This document shows, in pieces, positions 29,371 through 38,899 of a stretch of 64,000 bases of DNA. A model generated the notes under the pieces. The model was not told the origin of the DNA and ran no database searches. It saw nothing but the letters and a program-made list of their open reading frames with translations. The translations under genes were made by a program, and so were the position numbers. The stretch's first letter is position 1; the number at the start of each line of letters is the position of its first letter. The DNA is from Fibrobacteria bacterium (GTDB lineage Bacteria; Fibrobacterota; Fibrobacteria; UBA11236): the NCBI GenBank assembly GCA_043745805.1, contig JAYTSD010000014.1:1-64000 (forward strand), given 5' to 3'.

Positions 29371-31173
29371 TTAAGCGGGTCGCGATATTTTAGCCACCAC
29401 AAAATCGGCTCCTAAATTTTCCATTCCAAAACGTAAACACCAACGTGACAGGGATGTTTCCCCCAAACATAAGATTTGCTCAATAACAATGCCTTCTAGA
29501 GCGCAAAGTTCTTGAAAATCTTTCAAGGTAAAAAGATGAATGTTTGGCGTTTCATACCACGTTATAGGAAGATTTTCGGATACTGGCATAATCCCTCGGA
29601 AGCCAACGGCAAGGCGATTATGAATATTTGCGAAATTAGGGAAACTCACAATTCCTTTGCGGGCGACACGTAACATCTCACGCAAAACCAATTGCGGTTT
29701 TTTCACCACTGGCAAAGTACGATTGAGCACTGCATAATCAAAAGCATTATCCGCAATTAACGACAAACCTAAATCGACATCGAAATGTAAAACGGGAACT
29801 TCCTTGCGTAAACAATCTACCACATGATTCAAATCAATGTCTATTCCCACACCCGTAACCTTATTGCTACGGTATAAAGAATCAATCAATGCGCCATCGC
29901 CACAGCCAACATCCACAATATGACTACCTTCTTCCACCCATTCACGCATTACAGCAAAATCATTTTCTGATTTAAAAAACGGTGCGTCCTCGGCTTTGGA
30001 AGACAAGGCGCTTTCGCCGGTTGAATCCACGTGGCTCTTTAATAAAAAACTTTCTATCACCTTAGAAAGATGATTCACTTCTAATAAAAAGGCATCATGC
30101 CCATAAGGCGAATCGAGTTCAATAACCGACACTACTTTTTTTAATTCTAAAAGAACTTTTCCGAGTTCGCGTGTTTGTTCAGGAAAAAATAACCAATCCG
30201 ACGAAAGGCCTACGAGTACATACTCTGCTTGCGAAGCCCCAAAAGCTTGTTGTAAAGAGCCGTATCGCGCGACTAAATCAAAATTATCCATAGCATAGGT
30301 GATATGCAAATAGGAATTGGCATCGAAACGTTTTACAAATTGATCGCCTTGATAATTGAGATAACTTTCTACTTCAAAACCGGTTTCAAAATTGGCTTCA
30401 TTATATCCTAGTTTATGTTGTCGTCCGAATTTTTCATGCATGGACATGGCCGATAAATAAGTTAGGTGACCAATCATACGCGCATAGCTCAAGCCACTGT
30501 CAGGCTTTTCCGTCTGGGAATAATAATCCCCTTTGTGAAAATGCGGATCATTCACGATGACTTTACGTCCAATAATTTCAAAACCCAAACCTTGCGCCGA
30601 TAAACAAGCAGCCGCCGCAATGCAAATACATTTACGCACTTTGTTTGGATAAGAGGCGGTCCATTGCAGAGCTTGCATTCCACCTAAACTGCCGCCTACA
30701 ACGGCTTCCAGTACATCTATGCCCAAATACAAAGTTAAAAGTCTTTGCACATTGACAATATCTTCCACGGTGATTTTTGGAAAATCCGAACCATAAGCTA
30801 ATCCGGTAGTAGAATTTATACTACTTGGTCCGGTAGTGCCTTTGCAACCCCCTAAAACATTAGAGGAAATAACGCAGTAGCGATTTGTATCTATGGCCTT
30901 TCCAGGACCGATCATTTCATCCCACCAACCCGGTTTACGATCCTCTTCGCTATTCCAACCCGCTGCATGGGCATCGGTGGTTAAAGGGGAACAAATGAAA
31001 ATTCCATTGCTGCGAGCCGCATTTAATTGGCCGTATTTCTCAAAGGCAATATCGATATGCTTTAGGGTTTTACCCGAAACCAATATAAAGCCCTCTGGAG
31101 GTAATTGCACAGAGGCAATTTCAGTTTTTACCCAAAGCTTTTCGGCCTTATCCATACTTTCTTTTATCACCAC
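29371..31173 (-). CDS. metX: Homoserine O-acyltransferase MetX fused to a MetW methyltransferase-like domain
   Basis: GWWDEMIGPG, GGSLGGMQ, RFDANSY, SDWLF, GHDAFL; C-terminal DVGCGDG, VSFPNF, WYETPNIHLFT. Confidence 0.93.
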   Translation of the reverse strand: MVIKESMDKAEKLWVKTEIASVQLPPEGFILVSGKTLKHIDIAFEKYGQLNAARSNGIFICSPLTTDAHAAGWNSEEDRKPGWWDEMIGPGKAIDTNRYCVISSNVLGGCKGTTGPSSINSTTGLAYGSDFPKITVEDIVNVQRLLTLYLGIDVLEAVVGGSLGGMQALQWTASYPNKVRKCICIAAAACLSAQGLGFEIIGRKVIVNDPHFHKGDYYSQTEKPDSGLSYARMIGHLTYLSAMSMHEKFGRQHKLGYNEANFETGFEVESYLNYQGDQFVKRFDANSYLHITYAMDNFDLVARYGSLQQAFGASQAEYVLVGLSSDWLFFPEQTRELGKVLLELKKVVSVIELDSPYGHDAFLLEVNHLSKVIESFLLKSHVDSTGESALSSKAEDAPFFKSENDFAVMREWVEEGSHIVDVGCGDGALIDSLYRSNKVTGVGIDIDLNHVVDCLRKEVPVLHFDVDLGLSLIADNAFDYAVLNRTLPVVKKPQLVLREMLRVARKGIVSFPNFANIHNRLAVGFRGIMPVSENLPITWYETPNIHLFTLKDFQELCALEGIVIEQILCLGETSLSRWCLRFGMENLGADFVVAKISRPA

Positions 31174-31207
31174 TACTGCCTGCTGTTCTTCTTTTTACTT
31201 TTACTCT

Positions 31208-32152
31208 ATGCCAGAATTACCTGAAGTTGAAACCATTATGAGGCTAATTGCTCCAGAGGCCGAGGGGCAAAAAATAGAAAAAATTGAACTGCACTTGCAG
31301 CGCCTTCTTCTCGGATTGAAACCTGCACCGTTTATGGAGCGGATAAAAGGCCAAACCATTGTCCATGTAAAGCGGCGCGCGAAATATATCGTATTTGAAT
31401 TAAACCAAGATTGCTTCATCATTCACCTAGGTATGACCGGTCAGCTTACATTTTCGCATAAATCATCGCCTGAAAACCCAAAATTTGTAAAAACCGTAAC
31501 GGGTTTACAAAAACCGCTAGGCGTGCATCCCGTAGATAAGCACACGCATTTGATTGTGCATTTAAAAGGAGGCAAACGTATTCTTTTTCGCGATCCACGC
31601 ACCTTTGGAAAAATCATTTTCATACCTGGTTTAAATTGGGCAATGCATCCGCGCCTTATCCATACTGGTCCAGAACCATTGACTTTAGATATTCCATTTT
31701 TTTTACTGAATACCAAACCATGGAAAAGTTTACGGCCTATAAAAGCGCTTATTATGGATCAAAACTTTGTAGCAGGCGTCGGAAATATTTATGCCGACGA
31801 AGCACTATTCCGTAGCCTAATTCATCCGCAAACCTTAGTGAAAAATATACGGCCCGCAGAGCGCCAAGCCCTGTTAGAAGCCGCACAAGTGGTTTTACAA
31901 AAAGGCATTGATAATAATGGCACTTCCTTTTCAGATTATCGTAAACCGGATGGAAGCCTCGGTTCTAATTATGAAAAATTAATGGTATATGGCCGCGGTG
32001 GTCAGCCTTGTCGTCTATGCAAAACCATTTTGAAGAAGATTGTAGTGGCGCAACGCGGCACGGTATTTTGCCCTAAATGCCAAGGACTTGGGCCTAAGTT
32101 AAAGTCGAATTTAAAAGCGAGTTTAAAAAAAGCCGCGAAAAAAATGTTATAA
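31208..32152 (+). CDS. mutM: Formamidopyrimidine-DNA glycosylase
   Basis: MPELPEVE, HLGMTG, DPRTFG, GVGNIYADE, CxxC...CxxCQ zinc finger. Confidence 0.96.
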   Translation: MPELPEVETIMRLIAPEAEGQKIEKIELHLQRLLLGLKPAPFMERIKGQTIVHVKRRAKYIVFELNQDCFIIHLGMTGQLTFSHKSSPENPKFVKTVTGLQKPLGVHPVDKHTHLIVHLKGGKRILFRDPRTFGKIIFIPGLNWAMHPRLIHTGPEPLTLDIPFFLLNTKPWKSLRPIKALIMDQNFVAGVGNIYADEALFRSLIHPQTLVKNIRPAERQALLEAAQVVLQKGIDNNGTSFSDYRKPDGSLGSNYEKLMVYGRGGQPCRLCKTILKKIVVAQRGTVFCPKCQGLGPKLKSNLKASLKKAAKKML

Positions 32153-32167
32153 AGTTTCGGCTAATTT

Positions 32168-32794
32168 CTAGCCGAAGTGAGGTAACACCCATAATACTAT
32201 TATAGCTTGTACTAAGCCGATAATAAAACCTAAAACACCGCCTAACAATTCAATATCGCGAAATTCTTTTTTGGCAATATTTTCAATGATGGCTTGTAAG
32301 CGTTCAATTTCAAAAGCCGCTATATTACGCGCTAAAGTTTTTTGTAAGTCGATTTTTCCCGTTAAAGATTGCGAAAGAAATTGCACAAATTCTTCATCAT
32401 CATCGCTGAAGGCTTCAATTATTTTATCGCGAATACTATCCAACTTATCTTTGGAAAGAAACATTTTAATCATAGGAATCACGCTGAGAATATCATCGAT
32501 TTTTAAATCCCATTTACTTCGTATCAATTGCTTAATCGCTTCCGAAGCATCCACTTTCTGTAAAAATCCGATGATATCGGCTTCGGTTAGAAATTCTTTG
32601 GCAATTGCTTCTGCAATTTGCTCGGCTAGCTCGGCTTGGCGTTTAGGCAATAGCCCTTGCCAATTATAGCCCAATATTTTGATAGGATGAATAGGATGTA
32701 AAAGCATTTTTACTGCTACCCAATTGGTAAACCAACCAATGGCTGCGGAAATAAAGGAAAGTGTGGCTAAAGTCCAGAGTATATGATTTGACAT
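32168..32794 (-). CDS. DUF445 family membrane protein
   Basis: IGWFTNWVAVKMLLHP, QGLLPKRQ, ELLGGVLGFIIG; start placed at the ATG downstream of a TTGACG-17-TAAGGT promoter. Confidence 0.88.
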   Translation of the reverse strand: MSNHILWTLATLSFISAAIGWFTNWVAVKMLLHPIHPIKILGYNWQGLLPKRQAELAEQIAEAIAKEFLTEADIIGFLQKVDASEAIKQLIRSKWDLKIDDILSVIPMIKMFLSKDKLDSIRDKIIEAFSDDDEEFVQFLSQSLTGKIDLQKTLARNIAAFEIERLQAIIENIAKKEFRDIELLGGVLGFIIGLVQAIIVLWVLPHFG

Positions 32795-32958
32795 AGCCCG
32801 AAACCTTACACCCAAAAGGAATTGGCGTCAAGGGAAAAAACTTTTTTACTTATAAACTTAAGGGTCGCAACCCAAATTTTGTCACAATGATAGAGAATAT
32901 TGCTGGAAGTTTTTAATCCCCTAGGTATATTCTTTAAAGAGATTGTCTAAAATAGGAT

Positions 32959-33297
32959 TTGCATAAAATGAGCAGTGGTGTAGAAAAAGCCATATTAGCG
33001 AATTTAAACAAAGAACAAAGCCCTTTGATTCAAAGAGTGACGCTTAATAATCAAATCATTTTACATAACTATGTGGCCACCGTATCCCGTTCTTATGAAT
33101 GCAAACTGCTAGGTTGCTGTCAAAAATTTGATCTGGAATTAGTGCCAAATCAAGTATTGTATCCCAAGTATTGTGAAGATCATCGAAATTCTTTTCGACG
33201 CGAAAATTTCCTCCACCGATTTGCTATGCAAACACAAAATCAAAGCATAGAGGCTCTATCTTCATTTTCCCAATCAAACACTTCTGAACTAGAATAA
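32959..33297 (+). CDS. Hypothetical protein with a possible C-x4-C...C-x2-H metal site
   Basis: CKLLGC...YPKYCEDHR; start may be ATG 32968. Confidence 0.6.
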   Translation: MHKMSSGVEKAILANLNKEQSPLIQRVTLNNQIILHNYVATVSRSYECKLLGCCQKFDLELVPNQVLYPKYCEDHRNSFRRENFLHRFAMQTQNQSIEALSSFSQSNTSELE

Positions 33298-33389
33298 TTC
33301 TCGATCCATAATTTTAAGCCATTTTTACGCCTTTTAAAACACCTTCACTTTGCTTTTAAAAGAGGGCCTAGATCTCCTATCTTTTTCCT

Positions 33390-33968
33390 GTGAAAAGTTT
33401 TTCTCGTTCGCTTATTTTATTTTTCTTGTGCCTTTGGCTTAGATCCTTGCGAATAAAATGGCATGGGGAAACGTTTCCGTTACAGGGCATTTTTTTATTA
33501 TGGCATGAGCATTTGCCGATTTGCATAAGAGCTTTTGACCACAAAAATATTGCCGTACTTATTTCGCAAAGTAAAGATGGAGATTGGGCTACGGAATTAT
33601 GCCAGAAGCTTGGTTATTCCGTACATCGTGGTTCAAATAGTCGAGGAGCCATTAGCGGCATGAAATCCTTGGCGAGAGATGCACAAAAACTTGGTTTTGC
33701 CGGCATGGCTTTAGATGGACCACGTGGGCCATATCATATCCCCCAACCGGGAACATTATGGTTATCGCAAAAGCTAGCCTTGCCCGTGTACCCTATTGCC
33801 GTCCGAGCGCAGTTTACCAAGCGATTAAAATCTTGGGATAAAGGTTTAATTCCTTTGCCATTCGCAACTATTCACATCCATTTAGGCCAAGGTTTTTTTC
33901 CACAAACTGTGGAAGATTTAAAAACTACCTTACTGCGAAATCAAGAGGCTGTAAATCAACTGGCGTAA
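33390..33968 (+). CDS. DUF374 / lysophospholipid acyltransferase family protein
   Basis: LWH, ISQSKDG, RGSNSRGA, DGPRGP, SWDK...PLPF. Confidence 0.88.
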   Translation: MKSFSRSLILFFLCLWLRSLRIKWHGETFPLQGIFLLWHEHLPICIRAFDHKNIAVLISQSKDGDWATELCQKLGYSVHRGSNSRGAISGMKSLARDAQKLGFAGMALDGPRGPYHIPQPGTLWLSQKLALPVYPIAVRAQFTKRLKSWDKGLIPLPFATIHIHLGQGFFPQTVEDLKTTLLRNQEAVNQLA

Positions 33969-34133
33969 ATTTACCTGCAAATAAATGCAATAAAAAATGA
34001 CAAAAAATCACAATTTTCTCGTACACTCTTCTATTGAATTACAATAAATAACAATTACCTTTTCTCGCGAACAAAATGCCTGCTTGCTTCCTTTAGGTTG
34101 ACACTTGCGGCCATTATTTTCAGGAAGAGGAAT

Positions 34134-34469
34134 ATGAAAAAAATCGAAGCCATCATCCGCCCCCATAAATTGGAAGATGTAAGAGCGGCCTTGGATAGTA
34201 AAGTCACAGGGATGTCCATTACCGAAATGAAAGGGTTCGGACGGCAACGTGGCCATTCCGAAGTGTATCGTGGATCAGAATATAAAATCGATTTCGTTCC
34301 CAAAATTAAATTAGAGATCATCTGCAAAGATGAAGATGCTGAAGAAATTCTTGAAATCATTTGCATATCGGCTAGAACCGAAAAAATTGGAGATGGTAAA
34401 ATATTCATTTCCGATATCCAAGACATTATCCGTATCCGTACCGGCGAACGTGGGGAGGCTGTCATCTAA
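34134..34469 (+). CDS. glnK: P-II nitrogen regulatory protein
   Basis: MKKIEAIIRP.KL, GFGRQRG, YRGSEY, IGDGKIF, RIRTGE; stop overlaps the amtB start. Confidence 0.93.
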   Translation: MKKIEAIIRPHKLEDVRAALDSKVTGMSITEMKGFGRQRGHSEVYRGSEYKIDFVPKIKLEIICKDEDAEEILEIICISARTEKIGDGKIFISDIQDIIRIRTGERGEAVI

Positions 34470-35704
34470 TGGATACTAATGTGACTCATGTTCTTGATAC
34501 TGGTGACACTGCATGGATGATGGTTTCCACCGCCATGGTATTGTTTATGATACCTGGGCTGGCTTTGTTTTACGGAGGCTTGGCGCGTGCTAAAAATATG
34601 CTCGGCACCATGATGCACTCCTTCATTACCATGGGCGTGATTACCTTGCAATGGGTAGTGATAGGATACTCATTGGCTTTCGGCGATGGTAACGCTTTCC
34701 TAGGTGGCACTGGTTACACTTTTTTGCACGGCATCGGGCCAGAGAGCCTACATGGAAGCATTCCCACTTATTTGTTTATTGCCTTTCAAGGTGCCTTTGC
34801 TTGCATAACGCCAGCGCTCATTTCTGGAGCTATTGCGGAGCGTATCAAATTCGGATCTTATATCATTTTTATTCTGCTTTGGTCCACCTTGGTCTATGAT
34901 CCAGTATGCCATTGGGTTTGGCATCCCAACGGATTCTTGGCGCAAGACGGAGTCATCGACTTCGCCGGTGGCATCGTGGTCCATCTTACCTCAGGCTTAG
35001 CCGGCTTGGTAGCTTGTATTATCTTGGGCAAACGCCATGGCTTGGACCGAGGCATACTACCCCACAACCTGGTGCATGTGGTTCTGGGCGCGGGCATACT
35101 TTGGTTCGGTTGGTTCGGCTTCAATGCAGGTTCAGCCTTAGGCTCGAACGGCCTAGCTACCTTGGCGTTCTTAAATACCTTGGTCGGCCCTGCAGCAGGC
35201 ATCTGCACCTGGCTTCTCATCGAAAAAATACACTTGGGAAAAAGCAGCGCCCTCGGTGGCGCTACGGGAGCAATCGCCGGTCTCGCCGCGGTTACCCCTG
35301 CTGCTGGCTCGACCTTGCCCTTCGCAGCCACGGGTTTGGCCGCGGTTACGTCCTGCGTATGTTACCTTTTCGTAGCGCGCAAGCATAATATGGGTTATGA
35401 CGATGCGCTTGATGCTTTTGGCGTCCATGGTATCGCGGGAATTTTAGGCCCATTGGCTTGTGGTATTGTTGCTTCGCAAGGTTTCAATTCCTTACTGTTC
35501 AATAATCCGGCAATTGTCCGCAGCGGGGGAAATCAATTACTAGTGCAACTTAAAGCCTTAGGAATAGTCGGTGCCTATTCGTTGGTGATGACCGCATTGT
35601 TGGTTTTTCTTATCGAGAAAACCTTGGGATTCCGGGTAGGTAAAGATGTGGAAGAGCAGGGTCTCGACTTATCCTTGCATGGTGAAAGAGCATACAATCA
35701 CTAG
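34469..35704 (+). CDS. amtB: Ammonium transporter
   Basis: GDTAW, PGLALFYGG, DFAGG.VVH, LWFGWFGFNAGS, DDALDAFGVHG, GLDLSLHGE. Confidence 0.97.
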   Translation: MDTNVTHVLDTGDTAWMMVSTAMVLFMIPGLALFYGGLARAKNMLGTMMHSFITMGVITLQWVVIGYSLAFGDGNAFLGGTGYTFLHGIGPESLHGSIPTYLFIAFQGAFACITPALISGAIAERIKFGSYIIFILLWSTLVYDPVCHWVWHPNGFLAQDGVIDFAGGIVVHLTSGLAGLVACIILGKRHGLDRGILPHNLVHVVLGAGILWFGWFGFNAGSALGSNGLATLAFLNTLVGPAAGICTWLLIEKIHLGKSSALGGATGAIAGLAAVTPAAGSTLPFAATGLAAVTSCVCYLFVARKHNMGYDDALDAFGVHGIAGILGPLACGIVASQGFNSLLFNNPAIVRSGGNQLLVQLKALGIVGAYSLVMTALLVFLIEKTLGFRVGKDVEEQGLDLSLHGERAYNH

Positions 35705-35737
35705 AATCATCCTAGTGTGATTCGCTGAATCCTAAAA

Positions 35738-35775
35738 CAAAATCGCCTCTTCCGAACACGGAAAAGGCGATTTTG
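35738..35775. terminator. Bidirectional terminator between amtB and tRNA-Ala
   Basis: CAAAATCGCCTCTTCCG-AACA-CGGAAAAGGCGATTTTG. Confidence 0.8.
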
Positions 35776-35780
35776 AAAAA

Positions 35781-35856
35781 TGGTGGAGACTAGGAGATTC
35801 GAACTCCTGACCCCCGCACTGCCAGCGCGATGCTCTACCAACTGAGCTAAGTCCCC
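35781..35856 (-). tRNA. tRNA-Ala (GGC)
   Basis: GGGGACTTAGCTCAGTTGGTAGAGC...CT-GGC-AG...GGAGTTCGAATCTCCTAGTCTCCACCA; G3-U70 pair, encoded CCA. Confidence 0.97.
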
Positions 35857-35940
35857 ACTTTGGGGCGTAAAGGTAATATCAATGCCGTGAATTTTAAACC
35901 CTTGGGGCTAATTCCACCCGAAATACCACCGAGCTTTAGT

Positions 35941-38034
35941 TTATAAAGGCCAGACTAGATTTTGTTCTAATAAATGCAGATTCAATTTTCCAAAATTTTG
36001 GATGATGGGTAACAAGGAATCGTATTCCGCTTGATGCTGGGGAAGAAGATTGTGATACTCAATTTTATCCTGTAAAATATTAAAAAGTTCGGCCCCTTGC
36101 TCCCTTTTTAAACCCACTATTCCTCCATGCGCTCTATATGGACCGGACTCAATCACACCTTGTCCATCTCGCAAACAATAGCTGATATTTTTCTCCACAA
36201 CATTGGTGCGAAACATACTATGTCCCATAAAATGATTGGTGGTTTTAATACCCACCATATCCAGTAAAGTGGGTCCGATATCTAATTGGCTAGCTGGATA
36301 ATGATGCCAAGCTTCTCCTTTAAAAAAAGGATGTGAGCCCGACATGATAAAAGGAATCCAAGTGGATTCCGTATACAAGCCAAAGCCAATATCACTTTTG
36401 CTATGCTCCGCTAAAGCGAATCCATGATCCGCCATAAACACAAAAATAGTATTGGCATACCAAGGTTCATTTTCCACGCTGTGCATAAATTGTTTTATGC
36501 AATTATCGGTATAGGTCATTGTCGCAGCCATACGATCTTGCAAGGTCGCTGTGCTAGGCAAATCTTTTACCCCTTCAACGGCATTAAAAGGATAATGATT
36601 TGATTTGGTCATGGCGGTTAAAAAGAAAGGCTTATTTACGGTTAAACTATCCTTCATCCACTTAGCCATATGGCTTAACATCAATGCATCCGTTTCGCGA
36701 TGCCTATCATAAGTAAAATCTTGATACCATTGTCGCAACCAAGTTATTTGACTGTCCCATGCCGGATCCGCGGTGGAAAAGAAATGCGTTTTATAACCAT
36801 ACTCACCAAAAATAGCTGTAAATGCATGTTGCTTTAAGGTAGCGAAGTCACTCGCAACAATGCGTGAGGGATGCGGCAAAATACTTTCATGTATGGTAAT
36901 TAATGCCGTAACCGTGGGCAGTCCAGCCACATTAAAGCGTGTCCAAACTTGTACATTTTTTGCAAGGCTATCGAAATAGGGCGTGGCATCGGTATGCGCA
37001 CCATAAGGTTTTAAAAATCCACAATTCACCGCTCTATGCGATTCCATCACTATCATCACAATATTTTTTGGCTGCGCATCCAGTCCGTCACAATTTTGAT
37101 CAATGCCATCGCTGGGGTAGTCGATGGCTCCATTATGAATTGTAGAATCCCTATCATTACAATCTTTGCTTACGGAATAACCATCCTGATCTTTATCGAG
37201 CATACAAAAATTCTGCGGAAAGCCTGTAACAGGTAAAATCAAATGCGCCTCTAGACTTTGACAATATTCCATTAGGGGCATGCGCACATAGGGATGCGCG
37301 GAATCCGTGAAAACCCAATCACTATCACCTTCAATTTGTTGCCAATGATTTTGATAAAATGCTGACAGATTTGAAAATTCCTGGGTATTCAATGCGGAAA
37401 AATCTTTTCGTGATAAATCATCTAAGAGAATTTGCACTACCGGTTTTAATTTTCTTTCCCGAAATCCTCCTGGCCAAATCCAATTTATATAGGCGTAACA
37501 TACAGCATAAATCAAGGCTACCCAAATTGCGGTTCGTTTAGGTTTTATTCCTTTAGCCCAGGAAAATCTTTCCATGATTCGAAAGGCAAAGATTGAAAAA
37601 GGAATACAAAGTAATATCAGTGCATAGGGCAAAAATTTAAGCGATAAATCGGAAGCCACAAATTTTAAAACTTCTTTCATGGCTGAGGTGTTTCCATAAG
37701 TACTCAGAAAAGACCAATCTAAATGCATCCCCATAAAACGCTGCGTTTCATGATCGCCTACAGTAAAAAGTAAAAGTATTGAATGGAAAGCTCCCAGCAA
37801 AAACCAAATAAAACGGTGAATGTTTTTGTTATTCCTAAAAAGAAAAATCAATATTAAAAAAGGCAATGAGTAATTTAGAATCCAAATAAAATCCATAGCA
37901 AAAGCATGGAATATGTACCAATCGGGTTTATTCACATAAGCAAATCCAAAGGCATCATTGCGGAAAATCAAAACCATGCGGAGCAATGCGTGAGTTACCC
38001 AAATCGCTAATAAATACGCTAATGCCAAGCCCAA
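35941..38034 (-). CDS. LTA synthase family / sulfatase-like membrane protein with an inserted MopE-like metal-binding motif
   Basis: N-terminal TM helices; NIVMIVMES, NHYPF, MADHG, SQLDIGPTLL; insert DKDQDGY...DCND...DGIDQNCDG. Confidence 0.85.
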   Translation of the reverse strand: MGLALAYLLAIWVTHALLRMVLIFRNDAFGFAYVNKPDWYIFHAFAMDFIWILNYSLPFLILIFLFRNNKNIHRFIWFLLGAFHSILLLFTVGDHETQRFMGMHLDWSFLSTYGNTSAMKEVLKFVASDLSLKFLPYALILLCIPFSIFAFRIMERFSWAKGIKPKRTAIWVALIYAVCYAYINWIWPGGFRERKLKPVVQILLDDLSRKDFSALNTQEFSNLSAFYQNHWQQIEGDSDWVFTDSAHPYVRMPLMEYCQSLEAHLILPVTGFPQNFCMLDKDQDGYSVSKDCNDRDSTIHNGAIDYPSDGIDQNCDGLDAQPKNIVMIVMESHRAVNCGFLKPYGAHTDATPYFDSLAKNVQVWTRFNVAGLPTVTALITIHESILPHPSRIVASDFATLKQHAFTAIFGEYGYKTHFFSTADPAWDSQITWLRQWYQDFTYDRHRETDALMLSHMAKWMKDSLTVNKPFFLTAMTKSNHYPFNAVEGVKDLPSTATLQDRMAATMTYTDNCIKQFMHSVENEPWYANTIFVFMADHGFALAEHSKSDIGFGLYTESTWIPFIMSGSHPFFKGEAWHHYPASQLDIGPTLLDMVGIKTTNHFMGHSMFRTNVVEKNISYCLRDGQGVIESGPYRAHGGIVGLKREQGAELFNILQDKIEYHNLLPQHQAEYDSLLPIIQNFGKLNLHLLEQNLVWPL

Positions 38035-38191
38035 ATCACACCTTTCTAAAACTTAATTGTTTTTTAACCCTAAACTTAAGTATAAAGCCTATCTCAACAA
38101 CTCTTTATCGATCGATTACTATTAAGTTGCAGAGTGAGCATCACACACACTCGAAAACCAGTGATGTTTACATACTACAGAAAGAGATTCT

Positions 38192-38872
38192 ATGGGCGAC
38201 GAATTTAATGAAGCACTTATTCGCGGAAAAATGCGTCGCTCCGAAAAAGGAATTTTAGCAGGGGGAAAAGAACCGAATCAAACTGTACAGGGTAGCGGCT
38301 TACCCAATCACCATGGGATGCCCAAGCTTCCTCCCGGACAACATGTGGTAAAAAAATGGCCCGTTCTTGATTTAGGTGTGCAACCCGAAATCCCTAGAGA
38401 TTTATGGACGCTATCGGTACAAGGAGAAGTGGAAAATGCCTATGCGTTAAACTGGGATGAGTTTTTGGCTCTGCCGCAAGTAGAAGATGTGTCCGATTTT
38501 CATTGCGTAACCTCTTGGAGCCGCATGGATAATCGTTGGAAAGGCGTGCAATTTAAAACCCTCGCCGAAAAAGCTAAATTAAAACCCACGGCGACGCATG
38601 TGTATGTTACCGGTTACGATGGCTATTCCACGAATATGCGTTTAGAAGAAGCCATGGATGAGGATGTACTCATTGTACATATGTGGGAAGGCATTGATTT
38701 GCCTCGTGAACACGGCGGCCCAGCGCGCATGATCACTCCGCGAAAATGGGCGTGGAAGGGTAGTAAATGGATCAAAGGAATTTTCTTTTTATCCGAAGAT
38801 CAAAAAGGTTTTTGGGAGGTTCGCGGTTACTCTAATACCGCCGAACCTTGGTATGATGACCGTTATGCTTAA
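38192..38872 (+). CDS. Molybdopterin-dependent oxidoreductase, sulfite oxidase-like
   Basis: LPPGQ, WPVLDLG, DFHCVTSWS, EHGGPAR, WKGSKW, GFWEVRGY. Confidence 0.92.
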   Translation: MGDEFNEALIRGKMRRSEKGILAGGKEPNQTVQGSGLPNHHGMPKLPPGQHVVKKWPVLDLGVQPEIPRDLWTLSVQGEVENAYALNWDEFLALPQVEDVSDFHCVTSWSRMDNRWKGVQFKTLAEKAKLKPTATHVYVTGYDGYSTNMRLEEAMDEDVLIVHMWEGIDLPREHGGPARMITPRKWAWKGSKWIKGIFFLSEDQKGFWEVRGYSNTAEPWYDDRYA

Positions 38873-38899
38873 TGGCAATAACCATAAATGCAAATTACT

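Noticed and set aside
30893-31207. 105-aa N-terminal extension of MutM
   Set aside because: MutM needs Pro2 at its N-terminus (MPELPEVE at 31208); the extension is antisense to metX
34748-35428. Overlapping alternative-frame ORFs in amtB, and similar shadow ORFs elsewhere
   Set aside because: Expected from low stop density opposite real genes; no motifs or SD support
34134-35856. glnK-amtB as an island integrated at tRNA-Ala
   Set aside because: No duplicate of the tRNA 3' end or integrase found; only the amtB core is GC-shifted
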